Part shown: piece by piece, positions 54,794 to 63,742 of the stretch
Position numbering within the stretch: position 1 is the stretch's first letter
How the letters are laid out: every line of letters begins with the position of its first letter
The notes under the pieces: generated by a model
What the model was told of the DNA's origin: nothing
Seen by the model: only the letters and a program-made list of their open reading frames with translations
Database searches by the model: none
Assembly: GCA_019359285.1 (NCBI GenBank)
Contig: JAHHHQ010000047.1
Location: 24,903 to 88,902 of the forward strand
From: Nodosilinea sp. WJT8-NPBG4
GTDB taxonomy: Bacteria; Cyanobacteriota; Cyanobacteriia; Phormidesmidales; Phormidesmidaceae
Length of the DNA: 64,000 nt
Reading direction: 5' to 3'
Program-made: the position numbers and the translations under genes

Positions 54794-56464
54794 ATGCACG
54801 CTATGAGCACGTTAGCACCCGATCAACGCAACTATTACTATTTACTGGAAGGGGGCCGAGCAGGGGTGCACAAGCCCATTTTGGCGGCCCTCTATGCCGT
54901 GCATAACCAGCCCCAGCTCACCGATGGCGAAACGGCCCTGGGCATTGCTCCGGTGAACCAGGTAGATATGGGCGAGGTCGACACCTTTGCGGCCCAGGTG
55001 CAGTACGCGGCTAACACCCTGCGCAGCCTCACCAATGGCCTTATTGAGCAGGGCTGGAGCGGAGCCGACATTTGGGATGCCAGCGTGGGGCGCTACAGCG
55101 ATCGCTTTCTGCAAGCGGTAGCCAATGGCTTTACACCGACGGAGAGCGATCGCGATGCCGCCCAGCTCGAACCCAGCGATGCTGCCGCCCTTTTGCAGGC
55201 CTACCTCGAAGACATCAGCACCGACTATAGCGAGACTCAGCTGCCCCAGACGGTGGGCCAGCTCGACTCGGCCCTGCTGGCCTTTGCTGAACGGGTGCCG
55301 CCTAACTACGGACGGCTCGACTTTCAGCGTCAGGCCATGGTTGAGGCGGTGCGGCTGTGGCGACAGCTCAACACGGCGGCGGCGGTGTACGACGTTTTGA
55401 GCGTGCCGGTGGTTGACCAGGTGCCCGACGAAGCGGCTTTGGACAATGCGCTGGTGGCCTTTATGCAGTCAGTGGCTCGCTATTACGCGGGCTACCCCAA
55501 CCAGCGGGAGGCGCTGATTCGCCTAGTGCAGCTGTGGCGGGCGATGGATGCGCGAGAAGAGGCGATCGCTTGGCTGCTCACCAACGACCCCTTTGCCCAT
55601 GAAACGAACCTGGAGACCCTCGACTCGGCGCTGCTCGCCTTTGTGCAAAAAATACCCAATCTCTACAACGGTCAGGGCGATCTGCGCTTTGCGCTGACCG
55701 AGGGCTACCGCCGCTGGTTTGGCCTCGACTCGCGCACCACCGCCATTCAGCAGCTAGGGGTTCACCCTGACGACCTGGCGCAAAACGCCGACAACCCAAC
55801 TGCCCTGGTCACGACCGCCCGCACCCTCGATCGCGCCCTGCTCGACTTTGCGGCCAATATCCCCACCACCTACACTCCCACCGAAGATCAGCGGGAGGCG
55901 CTGATTCGCCTGGTGCAGCTGTGGCGGCGGCTGGAGGGGCGAATTCCAGCGATTCAATCGCTGTTTGAAGATTTGCGGCGGTTGGAGCGCGCGGCCCCCT
56001 CGTCACCTGAGGCTATGCCCGCCCCGGTGCCAGCCCCGCCGCCGCCGCGCCCCGCTCAGTGGACCCCCAATAATATTCAGCTGGACGCCAGCATTGTGCC
56101 CAACGGCAACTTTACCTGGTCGGAAGCTACCCGCGGCGGCTCTCGCATGCCTTCTAACCAGGCCACGGTGGATGCCATTGTGCGCATTGCCGTTCTGGCC
56201 CAGCAGGCCCGCGATCGCATCGGCCGCCCTTTCCTAATTACTAGCTGGTACCGTCCCGCCGAGATTGATCGTCGGGCAGGTGGTGCTTCTGAGCGTCGCC
56301 ATGTGGTAGGCGACGCCATCGACTTTTACTGCATGGGGCTCACGGGCAATCAGGTTTATTGGGCGCTGGATCCCTGGTGGCCGGGGGGGCTGGGCCGCTA
56401 CAGCCAGTTTCCAGCGCTGGTGCATTTAGATGCGCGCGGGTCTAAAGCGCGGTGGACGCGTTAA
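54794..56464 (+). CDS. Peptidase M15A (D-Ala-D-Ala carboxypeptidase-like) domain protein with four N-terminal tandem repeats
   Basis: C-terminus FTWSEATRGG...ITSWYRP...HVVGDAIDF...LVHLDAR carries the H-x6-D ... H Zn ligands of the M15A family. The N-terminal repeats are described in the findings. Confidence 0.75.
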   Translation: MHAMSTLAPDQRNYYYLLEGGRAGVHKPILAALYAVHNQPQLTDGETALGIAPVNQVDMGEVDTFAAQVQYAANTLRSLTNGLIEQGWSGADIWDASVGRYSDRFLQAVANGFTPTESDRDAAQLEPSDAAALLQAYLEDISTDYSETQLPQTVGQLDSALLAFAERVPPNYGRLDFQRQAMVEAVRLWRQLNTAAAVYDVLSVPVVDQVPDEAALDNALVAFMQSVARYYAGYPNQREALIRLVQLWRAMDAREEAIAWLLTNDPFAHETNLETLDSALLAFVQKIPNLYNGQGDLRFALTEGYRRWFGLDSRTTAIQQLGVHPDDLAQNADNPTALVTTARTLDRALLDFAANIPTTYTPTEDQREALIRLVQLWRRLEGRIPAIQSLFEDLRRLERAAPSSPEAMPAPVPAPPPPRPAQWTPNNIQLDASIVPNGNFTWSEATRGGSRMPSNQATVDAIVRIAVLAQQARDRIGRPFLITSWYRPAEIDRRAGGASERRHVVGDAIDFYCMGLTGNQVYWALDPWWPGGLGRYSQFPALVHLDARGSKARWTR

Positions 56465-56550
56465 GGGAGTGGACGCGTTAGGAGGTAGGCGAGTGGGCGA
56501 GTGCCAGCAAGCTGACGTTTATCCCTGGCACATTATTGAAACCCACGACA

Positions 56551-57468
56551 ATGGCAGAAAGCGATTCTATTTCAGGGGCTGAGCTGTGGGCTTGGCGCAA
56601 AAAGGCGTTAGCAGATGCCCAGGCGGCGGAAGTTGACGCCGACGAAGTGGATTGGTTGCTGATGGCGGTGGCGGATGTGGAGCGGCTAGCGCTGAGGCTG
56701 GGCACGGTACAACAGCGAGCGACGATTCCCCTTGGCTATTCTCTAGCTGAATTGGAGCGTCGCTGGCAGCAGCGCCTCACCGATCGCATTCCTGTGCAAT
56801 ACCTGGTGGGCGAAACTCCCTGGCGCGACCTGATGCTGACCGTGTCTCCGGCGGTGCTGATTCCTCGTCCTGAGACTGAGCTAATTATTGATCTGGCCGA
56901 GGTTGCGATCGCTCGCAGTCCCATCACAGATCAGCTAGCCCAGGGCATTTGGGTAGATATGGGAACCGGCAGTGGTGCGATCGCCCTGGGCCTCGCCCAA
57001 ACCTTTCCATCAGCGCGAATCTTAGCGGTAGATTTTAGTGCTGAAGCGCTGGCGATCGCCCAAGGGAACGCGAACCGGGCAGGCTTACAGAATCGCATCA
57101 CGTTCTATAACGGATCCTGGTTTGAACCGCTGAATACCTATCGAGGCCAACTCAGCGCTGTGGTGTCGAACCCGCCCTACATTCCCTCGGCGCTGCTGCC
57201 AACGCTTCAACCCGAGGTCATTCACCATGAACCGATCGCTGCCTTAGATGGCGGCGATGATGGCCTGGATGACCTCCGACTGCTTGCTGCCCAGGCTCCC
57301 GCCTATCTGGTGCTGGGTGGGCTCTGGCTAGTGGAAATGATGGCGGGTCAGGGGGAGGCAGTCAAAGCACTGCTAGAAGCGCAGGGATGCTATCGCGACA
57401 TTCAAATTTGCTTGGATTTGACGGGGCGCGATCGCTTTGTGCAGGCGATCTACGCTCCCAAACTCTAG
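56551..57468 (+). CDS. prmC: Release-factor glutamine N5-methyltransferase
   Basis: ...VLIPRPETE..., DMGTGSGAIAL and VSNPPYIP. ATG 56551 is preferred over the TTG at 56536. Confidence 0.9.
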   Translation: MAESDSISGAELWAWRKKALADAQAAEVDADEVDWLLMAVADVERLALRLGTVQQRATIPLGYSLAELERRWQQRLTDRIPVQYLVGETPWRDLMLTVSPAVLIPRPETELIIDLAEVAIARSPITDQLAQGIWVDMGTGSGAIALGLAQTFPSARILAVDFSAEALAIAQGNANRAGLQNRITFYNGSWFEPLNTYRGQLSAVVSNPPYIPSALLPTLQPEVIHHEPIAALDGGDDGLDDLRLLAAQAPAYLVLGGLWLVEMMAGQGEAVKALLEAQGCYRDIQICLDLTGRDRFVQAIYAPKL

Positions 57469-58826
57469 CGATTGCGAAGGTTGCGCTGGTATTCCCAGAA
57501 TCGCTGCCACCAGTCGGCAGGCTCATCTTTGGGGCCGTCGTGCTCGGTGGGACGGTCGCTGGGGCCATCCACGACCAGGCTGCCCACGTAATCGGCCTCG
57601 GCATAGACGCGATCGATCTGCTCGCGAATTTCGGCCATATCGGCTTCTGATACCACGCCGTTGCTGGTAGCTTTGTAAAACTGCACCGTGACCCGAATGG
57701 GGTAGTCTGGGTCGCGCTCAATGGCCAGGTCGTCAATTTCGGTGAATGGCCCTTCTACCGCGCCGTGGCTGATGACGGCGGCTTCCACATCGCTAGGGCC
57801 ACGGGATTCCATCAGAGGGGCGGCGGCCGTGGGTGCCATGGCCGCCATACCGTTAGGGGCTCCTAACCCCATCGGTGCCCGCTGTTTGAGGGGCACCTGA
57901 ATCAGCAGCACCATATTTAGCCCCTCGGTGTCGTCCTCAGCAACTTCTCCAGCTCGCCCGTCTGGATTCTCTACCGCCTGAAAATCGCTGAGGCGCTGAC
58001 CCGTGAAGCTGGCCCGTTCACCATTCTTATTGAAAAAGAGGCGCTGGCCCCAGGTTTGCCCGGCTTCAAAGCCATCGCGCTGGTTGTCGATCACCGTGAC
58101 GCTGGTGCCTTCGCGGGTGGCAAGAATGGTCAGCACTGCCGGGTCACCGGGGCGCGACTGATAGTTAAATAACACCGGGTTAAACGTGGCCAAACCTTCT
58201 TGGGGAATGGGCAAAAAGCAGGCCTGGGCACTGACCAGCACGTGGCTGTCGCGCTGCGGGGCAAGGAGCGATCGCCCTCGCCCGCTCCAAGAGTCTGGCG
58301 TATTCAGGTAGCTTCGCAGATCGCCCAGCACCTCGCTTAGAGCCACCCGGCGCAGGTCTTCGCCTTTCTCGTTGCCCACCTGGAGAAAAAAGCTGTCTAG
58401 GGGAATGTCGGCGCTGATGTCTTCAAAGTTGGGATGGCGAATCACCGGCATCAGGTGCAGCTGGTGCTGCTGGCTCACTGGATCCTGCTGCTGCACCTGA
58501 ATGGTCATATCGCTGATATTGGGGCCAACGGAGGAGCCGTAGAAGCGCCCGGTGTCTTCCCAGGTGACGTTGAGAACGTTGAGATTGAGTGATTCTGCCA
58601 GTCGGCGGGCGATGGGATCGTTCACCATCGCCTGGGTGCGTTCGATTACCTGTCGGTAGCGGTCGAAGGACTGGCGCTGCGCGATCGGTGGCATAGGACT
58701 TTCCGTAGCGTTAGCGTTGGGGTTAGGCGCGATTGGGTCCCAGGCCTGAGTTGGGGCCGCGAGGGCTATAGGCAGAGCTCCCGCCGCAACTGCGCCCAGT
58801 AACCAAACATTCCAGCGGTGTTCCAT
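57465..58826 (-). CDS. Secreted hypothetical protein
   Basis: Signal peptide MEHRWNVWLLGAVAAGALPIALAAPTQAW. 453 aa. No motif recognised. Confidence 0.6.
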   Translation of the reverse strand: MEHRWNVWLLGAVAAGALPIALAAPTQAWDPIAPNPNANATESPMPPIAQRQSFDRYRQVIERTQAMVNDPIARRLAESLNLNVLNVTWEDTGRFYGSSVGPNISDMTIQVQQQDPVSQQHQLHLMPVIRHPNFEDISADIPLDSFFLQVGNEKGEDLRRVALSEVLGDLRSYLNTPDSWSGRGRSLLAPQRDSHVLVSAQACFLPIPQEGLATFNPVLFNYQSRPGDPAVLTILATREGTSVTVIDNQRDGFEAGQTWGQRLFFNKNGERASFTGQRLSDFQAVENPDGRAGEVAEDDTEGLNMVLLIQVPLKQRAPMGLGAPNGMAAMAPTAAAPLMESRGPSDVEAAVISHGAVEGPFTEIDDLAIERDPDYPIRVTVQFYKATSNGVVSEADMAEIREQIDRVYAEADYVGSLVVDGPSDRPTEHDGPKDEPADWWQRFWEYQRNLRNR

Positions 58827-58922
58827 CCTCAGGCCCTCGCAAAGCTATGTCCCTAACCTACGCGATGGGGTTGACCAGCTCAGGATGGTTACAAAAACTG
58901 AAACTGTATCTGTGGCCAAGTT

Positions 58923-59576
58923 TTATCCTGCATCGTTTACCTGAACTAATAACCCATTGGGGCCAACGCTGATTTGTAGGGTGGCTAGGGCGGGGGCGAT
59001 CGCATCAGCCAACCCCAGATCTTCGGCCCTATTGGTTGTTGTCACCGCAATTACCTTTGTTCCGGCAGCTTTGGCCGCCTCAACCCCAGCGGGAGCATCC
59101 TCAATCACCAGGCAGTCGGCAGGGGCAACGCCCAGGCGCTCAGCCGCCAGCAGATAGGGATCGGGCGCTGGCTTCCCCCGCTGCACATCGTCGGCGGTCA
59201 CCATTACCGAGGGTTCTGACAGTCCTAGGTACGGGAAGCGCAGGGAAACAGTGCGTCGAGTGCCGCTAGTGGCTACCCCCCAGCGCTCGCGCGGCAGTCG
59301 AGCTAGCAGTTCCTTCACTCCGGCGTAGAGTATCAGTCCCTCAGTGTCGTCAGCCTCGGCGGTTTCTTTGATGCGAGCTTCCCGAGCAATATCCACGTGG
59401 GGCGCAACCTGGCGAATGGTTTCTGCCGTAGGGCGACCGTGGTGAATGCGGGCGATCGCATCGTAGTCAACCCCGTGGCGATCGGCCCAGGCCCGCCAAT
59501 GGCGCTCTGCCACCGGGTCTGAGTCAATCAGCACCCCATCGACATCAAAGATGATCGCCTGGCAGTGAAAGTCCAT
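58923..59576 (-). CDS. HAD-IA family hydrolase (phosphatase / beta-phosphoglucomutase-like)
   Basis: AIIFDVDGVLIDS (motif I), ATSG (motif II) and IEDAPAGVEAAKAAG (motif IV). Confidence 0.85.
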   Translation of the reverse strand: MDFHCQAIIFDVDGVLIDSDPVAERHWRAWADRHGVDYDAIARIHHGRPTAETIRQVAPHVDIAREARIKETAEADDTEGLILYAGVKELLARLPRERWGVATSGTRRTVSLRFPYLGLSEPSVMVTADDVQRGKPAPDPYLLAAERLGVAPADCLVIEDAPAGVEAAKAAGTKVIAVTTTNRAEDLGLADAIAPALATLQISVGPNGLLVQVNDAG

Positions 59577-59897
59577 AGTGCGGGTGCATAAATGCTACAA
59601 GCTATTGTAGGTTCCCCAGATTAAGCTCCAGGTCGGTGGGGGATGTGCCTTGGCACTAGCTAAACTGCTTACAACAAACATCAATTCCCCCCGCACTTTT
59701 CTCCATTGAAGAAAGTACGAGGGGAATCAATTAACTATGGCTATCAGCTTATCTAGCCTTCTTCTGTACCAGAGCTGATTTGAACATTCCTGATTTGTGA
59801 GCTTAAGCGTGAGGGCGATCGCGGCAGTCCCATGCAAAGCACCCTCATAGCTTTCTTTAAATCAGGTTTTTACTGTTCAATTGGTTGCTAAAAGCGT

Positions 59898-60455
59898 CTA
59901 ATCCTTAAGCGGTGACGAAAAAGCGTAAACGCCTTCGGTAGGGCCACCAACGGCTTTCCATGCTTCCAGCCCACCTTGCACGACGGCTACCTTGGCATAG
60001 CCTGCTTGACGGAGTTGGCTAGCAGCATCATCAGCACTGTCGCCATAGACGTAGATATCGCGCTTATGCTCTAGGGCATTCTCAGCAGTATCTAGAACGT
60101 GGTCGATGGGCATGGGCACAGCGCCAGTAATCCGCTCATTATTAAATTCTTCTCGGCTGCGCACGTCAATGATCGTCAGCGCTGGTTCGCCCCATTGCAG
60201 GCGCTTGAGCAGTTCTTCAGCAGGTGCCTGGTTCGCCGACATGGCAGGAGGCTTGGGCAAGGGCTTAGTCACTACATCTTTGGCCGCTTGAACTTGGTCA
60301 GGAACTTGGTGAGATGCGTCATCGGCTTTTTGAGCCAATTCTTCGGTCCGCTCAGGAATTTGGTCGACAACATTTCCTGCTTGCTCAGTCAAGTTTTGAG
60401 TCTGGTCAGCAGTCTGATTAACAGCATTATCAACTTGCTCAGAAAAATTAGTCAT
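59898..60455 (-). CDS. Rhodanese-homology-domain protein without a catalytic cysteine, with an N-terminal Q/D/V-rich repeat region
   Basis: TIIDVRSREEFNNERITGAVPMP...IYVYGDSADDAASQLRQAGYAKVAVVQGGLEAWK is the rhodanese fold. The protein contains no Cys at all. Confidence 0.75.
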   Translation of the reverse strand: MTNFSEQVDNAVNQTADQTQNLTEQAGNVVDQIPERTEELAQKADDASHQVPDQVQAAKDVVTKPLPKPPAMSANQAPAEELLKRLQWGEPALTIIDVRSREEFNNERITGAVPMPIDHVLDTAENALEHKRDIYVYGDSADDAASQLRQAGYAKVAVVQGGLEAWKAVGGPTEGVYAFSSPLKD

Positions 60456-61447
60456 AGATTACCTCTATCAGCATCAATGGCTTCAACTTACTAGCTAGGC
60501 ATCACAATCTCATCCATCAGCGGACATAATCCAGAAAAGAGCCGCTAACCGTCAGTAGGAATATATTCTTTCCTAAGGAAAAATTAATTCGAGGCTAAAT
60601 TACGGTTGAAATTGTTTGCTCTCATTCGTTGTTAGACAAGCCGTTATCTACATTCTGGCTACATGGCAAATTCAGAAATTCTTGTGAATCTGCTTTGTGA
60701 CGTTTACAGACTTTTTAAGACTATCGGAATAGAAGAGCTGTTGCGATATCTCACCTAGGAGAGAGATTTGAAAAGCCAAAGGGCAATGGTTTTTTAGATA
60801 CGAAGAGGCTGCATTTCTAAAACAACAGATAGTACTTGGTAGTTCACTGCCCATCTATGAATTAGTAGCTAGCCTTTACCAGCCCTGTGTCTATTGCTGG
60901 CTATGTCATCGTTGTAGTGACGCGTTAGTGCGAGCGCCCTCACTCAAGGTAGGTATCTAGGAGATTAGTTGCCTCCCGAAACGCTAAGGTAGTCCACCCG
61001 TGGGACTGGTTTGCGAAAGGCGCGATCGCCCTTCTCCCCTTTCCGGCGATGGTCTCCTAGCACTGAGCGTGCGACTGGAATCTGGTGCCCTATAACTTAA
61101 GGCACTGCCCTCGACGGTATCGGGGCAGGTGTGCCTGGTGCGCCAACCGCCAAATAGAACCTGAAAGCGTCCCCTTTGAGGCGTTTACTATGCCGCCAAA
61201 ATTTTCAGTGGCGCTAGTCGTGGCTGGGCCAACTTACTGAGTCAAGCTCTGCAAACGGCAGCATCGCTCACAATTCCGTCGAAAGCTTGCCTATCTTTGC
61301 GAACCATTGCGAAGAATAAAGTTTAATGAATTCAGCTCACCCTTTTCCGGGCGTTCATCAAGTTTGCTGACCGGCCTGGGCTTACTATGGCTTTTAAATC
61401 ACTCTTTTCGTCGTTCCAGTTTCCCTACGTATCGTGGTTGTGTTCCT

Positions 61448-62470
61448 ATGGTGACAGACTTCTCGGTATCGACCAGCCTGAAAGTTGGCCGGCTAGAAAA
61501 AGTTGGTGCTCCAAACAAGGCCGAAGTGCTTTCACTGTCGGAGGTTTGGGCAAAGAAGTACGTTAAAGACCTGCATCGTCAGGATCAGGTGCTACTGAGC
61601 TTAGACGAGTCACAATCTAGACTGGATGTCGCTGCAAAGCTCGTCGATATTCTGCGCTCTGTTAGCGCCCGGGCCTGGAACAAAACGGAAACACTGCTAT
61701 CGCGCGAAGTCCGTCGGCACCAAATCAGTCCTAGCCTGATTGACCCTTGGACCGTTTCTAAGGACGTGCATCAGGTCTACGAAGAAGCTCTGGCGGCCTA
61801 CGCCAAGGGGGTAACACCGCAGCGATTTTCGGTTGTGGCCTCAAAGCGGTTGGGCATTATTCGCCAAACCCATACGGCGATAGACCCAAGGGTAATTGGG
61901 TTTGTCAGCATGCAGTTTCACTACTGCGGTCAGATGCTTTCAGCGGAAGCCCCCAAGTCAGAGCAAGCGGCCCTGCAAGACTACTTTAAAGTGGTTGACG
62001 ATCTGTTGTATATGCCGCTGCACCGGGCCTACGCCGCTGCGGCTAACTACGACTACCACCACCCGCGTTTGGAGACGGTGCGGCTGGCCCTGCCAGCCAC
62101 TAGCCGCATCGCCAAGAGCATTGTGAATCAAGTGATTGCGCTGTGCCCTGACTATGCGAGCTATACCGGGCCTCTCAGTGCGGACGCAGTGCGCACCTCC
62201 AGCATTCGCGATGTGGAGATGTTTCAAATTTATCTCTGGACCTGCATGCTAGAGAACAACATCTCGGCGATCGCCCAAGAGCTGTTCCCGCTCTGCGTCA
62301 TGCTCTACCCCAGGCTAAAGGTGAATTGGGGCTTGGTGCGGCTGATGATCAACCTGCTCGACCAAGAGCTTTCGGCCTGTGTGGGGTCGATCAATGTCAA
62401 ATACTATGAACCCCACTACACCGCCATGCTCAAGATGTTTTCGCCCTCGACTTTTCCGGAGCCCGTTTAG
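61448..62470 (+). CDS. Hypothetical protein
   Basis: 340 aa from ATG 61448 (MVTDFSV...). Helical, no motif recognised. The track start at 61307 adds a low-complexity extension without support. Confidence 0.6.
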   Translation: MVTDFSVSTSLKVGRLEKVGAPNKAEVLSLSEVWAKKYVKDLHRQDQVLLSLDESQSRLDVAAKLVDILRSVSARAWNKTETLLSREVRRHQISPSLIDPWTVSKDVHQVYEEALAAYAKGVTPQRFSVVASKRLGIIRQTHTAIDPRVIGFVSMQFHYCGQMLSAEAPKSEQAALQDYFKVVDDLLYMPLHRAYAAAANYDYHHPRLETVRLALPATSRIAKSIVNQVIALCPDYASYTGPLSADAVRTSSIRDVEMFQIYLWTCMLENNISAIAQELFPLCVMLYPRLKVNWGLVRLMINLLDQELSACVGSINVKYYEPHYTAMLKMFSPSTFPEPV

Positions 62471-62529
62471 AGGAACGGGTGTTGCTGAATTAAGGAATGA
62501 ACCGGCAAAACCCTTAAACTCTTCATGTC

Positions 62530-62559
62530 CCCCCGGCCCCCAGTTTTGGGGGCCGGGGG
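62530..62559. terminator. GC-rich hairpin between convergent genes
   Basis: CCCCCGGCCCCC-AGTTTT-GGGGGCCGGGGG is a perfect 12-bp all-GC stem between the 61448-62470 gene and gpsA. Confidence 0.5.
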
Positions 62560-62638
62560 AAATCATCCTTCCGTTAAGCAGCCCCGAGGGGCGCAGCGGC
62601 AATAGGCAAAAGAACAAACATAGAAGCGCGAAGACCGC

Positions 62639-63628
62639 TCATTCGCACTGCAAGACCTCTTGGTAATCCTCGGCTTTGAGCTTGCGTTCCATCAGGGCGG
62701 CGACGGCCTCTGCGGCTGAGATGTCGCCCTTGAGCAGCAAATACACCTGCTGAGAAATTGGTGCTGAAAGCTGCTCTCGCTGGGCAATATCATGGAGCAC
62801 ATAGGCAGTGTTCACTCCCTCAGCGGTGCTGCCCAATTCTTCTAAAATTTGCTCTAGAGATTTCCCCTGGGCGAGGCCGTAGCCAACCCGGTAGTTGCGG
62901 CTGAGGGCGCTGGTGCAGGTGGCCAGCATATCCCCCAGGCCTGAGAGACCCAAAAAGGTTTCGGGATGCCCGCCCAGGTGGGTGCCAATGCGCATGACCT
63001 CCGGCAGAGCTCGGGTGATCAGGGCCGATCGCGCGTTGGAGCCCAGATCGAGCCCTTCGCAGACACCGACGGCGATCGCAATCACATTCTTTAGCGTGCC
63101 GCCCAGCTCGGCCCCGAGGGGGTCGGTGCTGGTATAGGTGCGAAAGTGGTCGGAGGCAAAGACGTGCTGCACGGCCTCGGCGGCGGTTTCGTTAGCGCAG
63201 GCAATTACCGTGGCGGCGGGCAGCCCGGCCTCAATTTCCTTAGAGAGGTTGGGGCCAGAGAGCACGGCCACAGCATGGTTGGGAAAGGCCTGCTGGAAAA
63301 TCACTGATGGCGTCAGGGTGGTCTCTGGATCAAAGCCTTTGGTCGCCGTCATCAGCACTGTGGTTTCAGGAATATCCAACGCTTTGAGCTGGGTGGCCAG
63401 GTCTAGCACTCCTTTCATGGAGATGGCTGACAAAATGACCTCCGCCCCAGCGACGGCATTCTGTAGAGACACGCTTCCCGAACGCGACCACAGGCGCACG
63501 GCGTGGTGGTTGGCGGCGGCAATGTGGGCCAGAGCATTACCCCAGGCTCCAGATCCCAAAATGGCAAGGGTGACCGGGCGGTTCTTGTAGGTCGAGATGG
63601 TTTGCTGAGAGGTTGGGGCGACGAGCAT
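62639..63628 (-). CDS. gpsA: NAD(P)H-dependent glycerol-3-phosphate dehydrogenase
   Basis: LAILGSGAWGNALA, ...TKGF..., GTLKNVIAIAVG... Confidence 0.93.
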   Translation of the reverse strand: MLVAPTSQQTISTYKNRPVTLAILGSGAWGNALAHIAAANHHAVRLWSRSGSVSLQNAVAGAEVILSAISMKGVLDLATQLKALDIPETTVLMTATKGFDPETTLTPSVIFQQAFPNHAVAVLSGPNLSKEIEAGLPAATVIACANETAAEAVQHVFASDHFRTYTSTDPLGAELGGTLKNVIAIAVGVCEGLDLGSNARSALITRALPEVMRIGTHLGGHPETFLGLSGLGDMLATCTSALSRNYRVGYGLAQGKSLEQILEELGSTAEGVNTAYVLHDIAQREQLSAPISQQVYLLLKGDISAAEAVAALMERKLKAEDYQEVLQCE

Positions 63629-63656
63629 GGGGAGTGGCGGCTGGAGGGGAAGGGAA

Positions 63657-63740
63657 GTTTTGAATTTTGAGTGTTTAGTTTTGAGTTTTTGCCCTACGAC
63701 ATTAATTCAAAACTTAAAATTCACAACTCAAAACTTTTTT
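63657..63740. repeat. Imperfect hairpin element of the TTTTGAAYTTTGA family between the glpD-like gene and gpsA
   Basis: GTTTTGAATTTTGAGTGTTTAGTTTTGAGTTTTT - GCCCTACGACATT - AATTCAAAACTTAAAATTCACAACTCAAAAC, then TTTTTT. It shares the TTTTGAA(C/T)TTTGA and TTTTGCC blocks with the pntA-pntB element. Confidence 0.7.
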
Positions 63741-63742
63741 GA

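Noticed and set aside
61043-61160. GGCGATGG ... AACCGCC, reminiscent of the fluoride (crcB) riboswitch
   Set aside because: The two conserved blocks are ~90 nt apart instead of within a ~50-nt pseudoknot. The downstream gene is also not a fluoride exporter.
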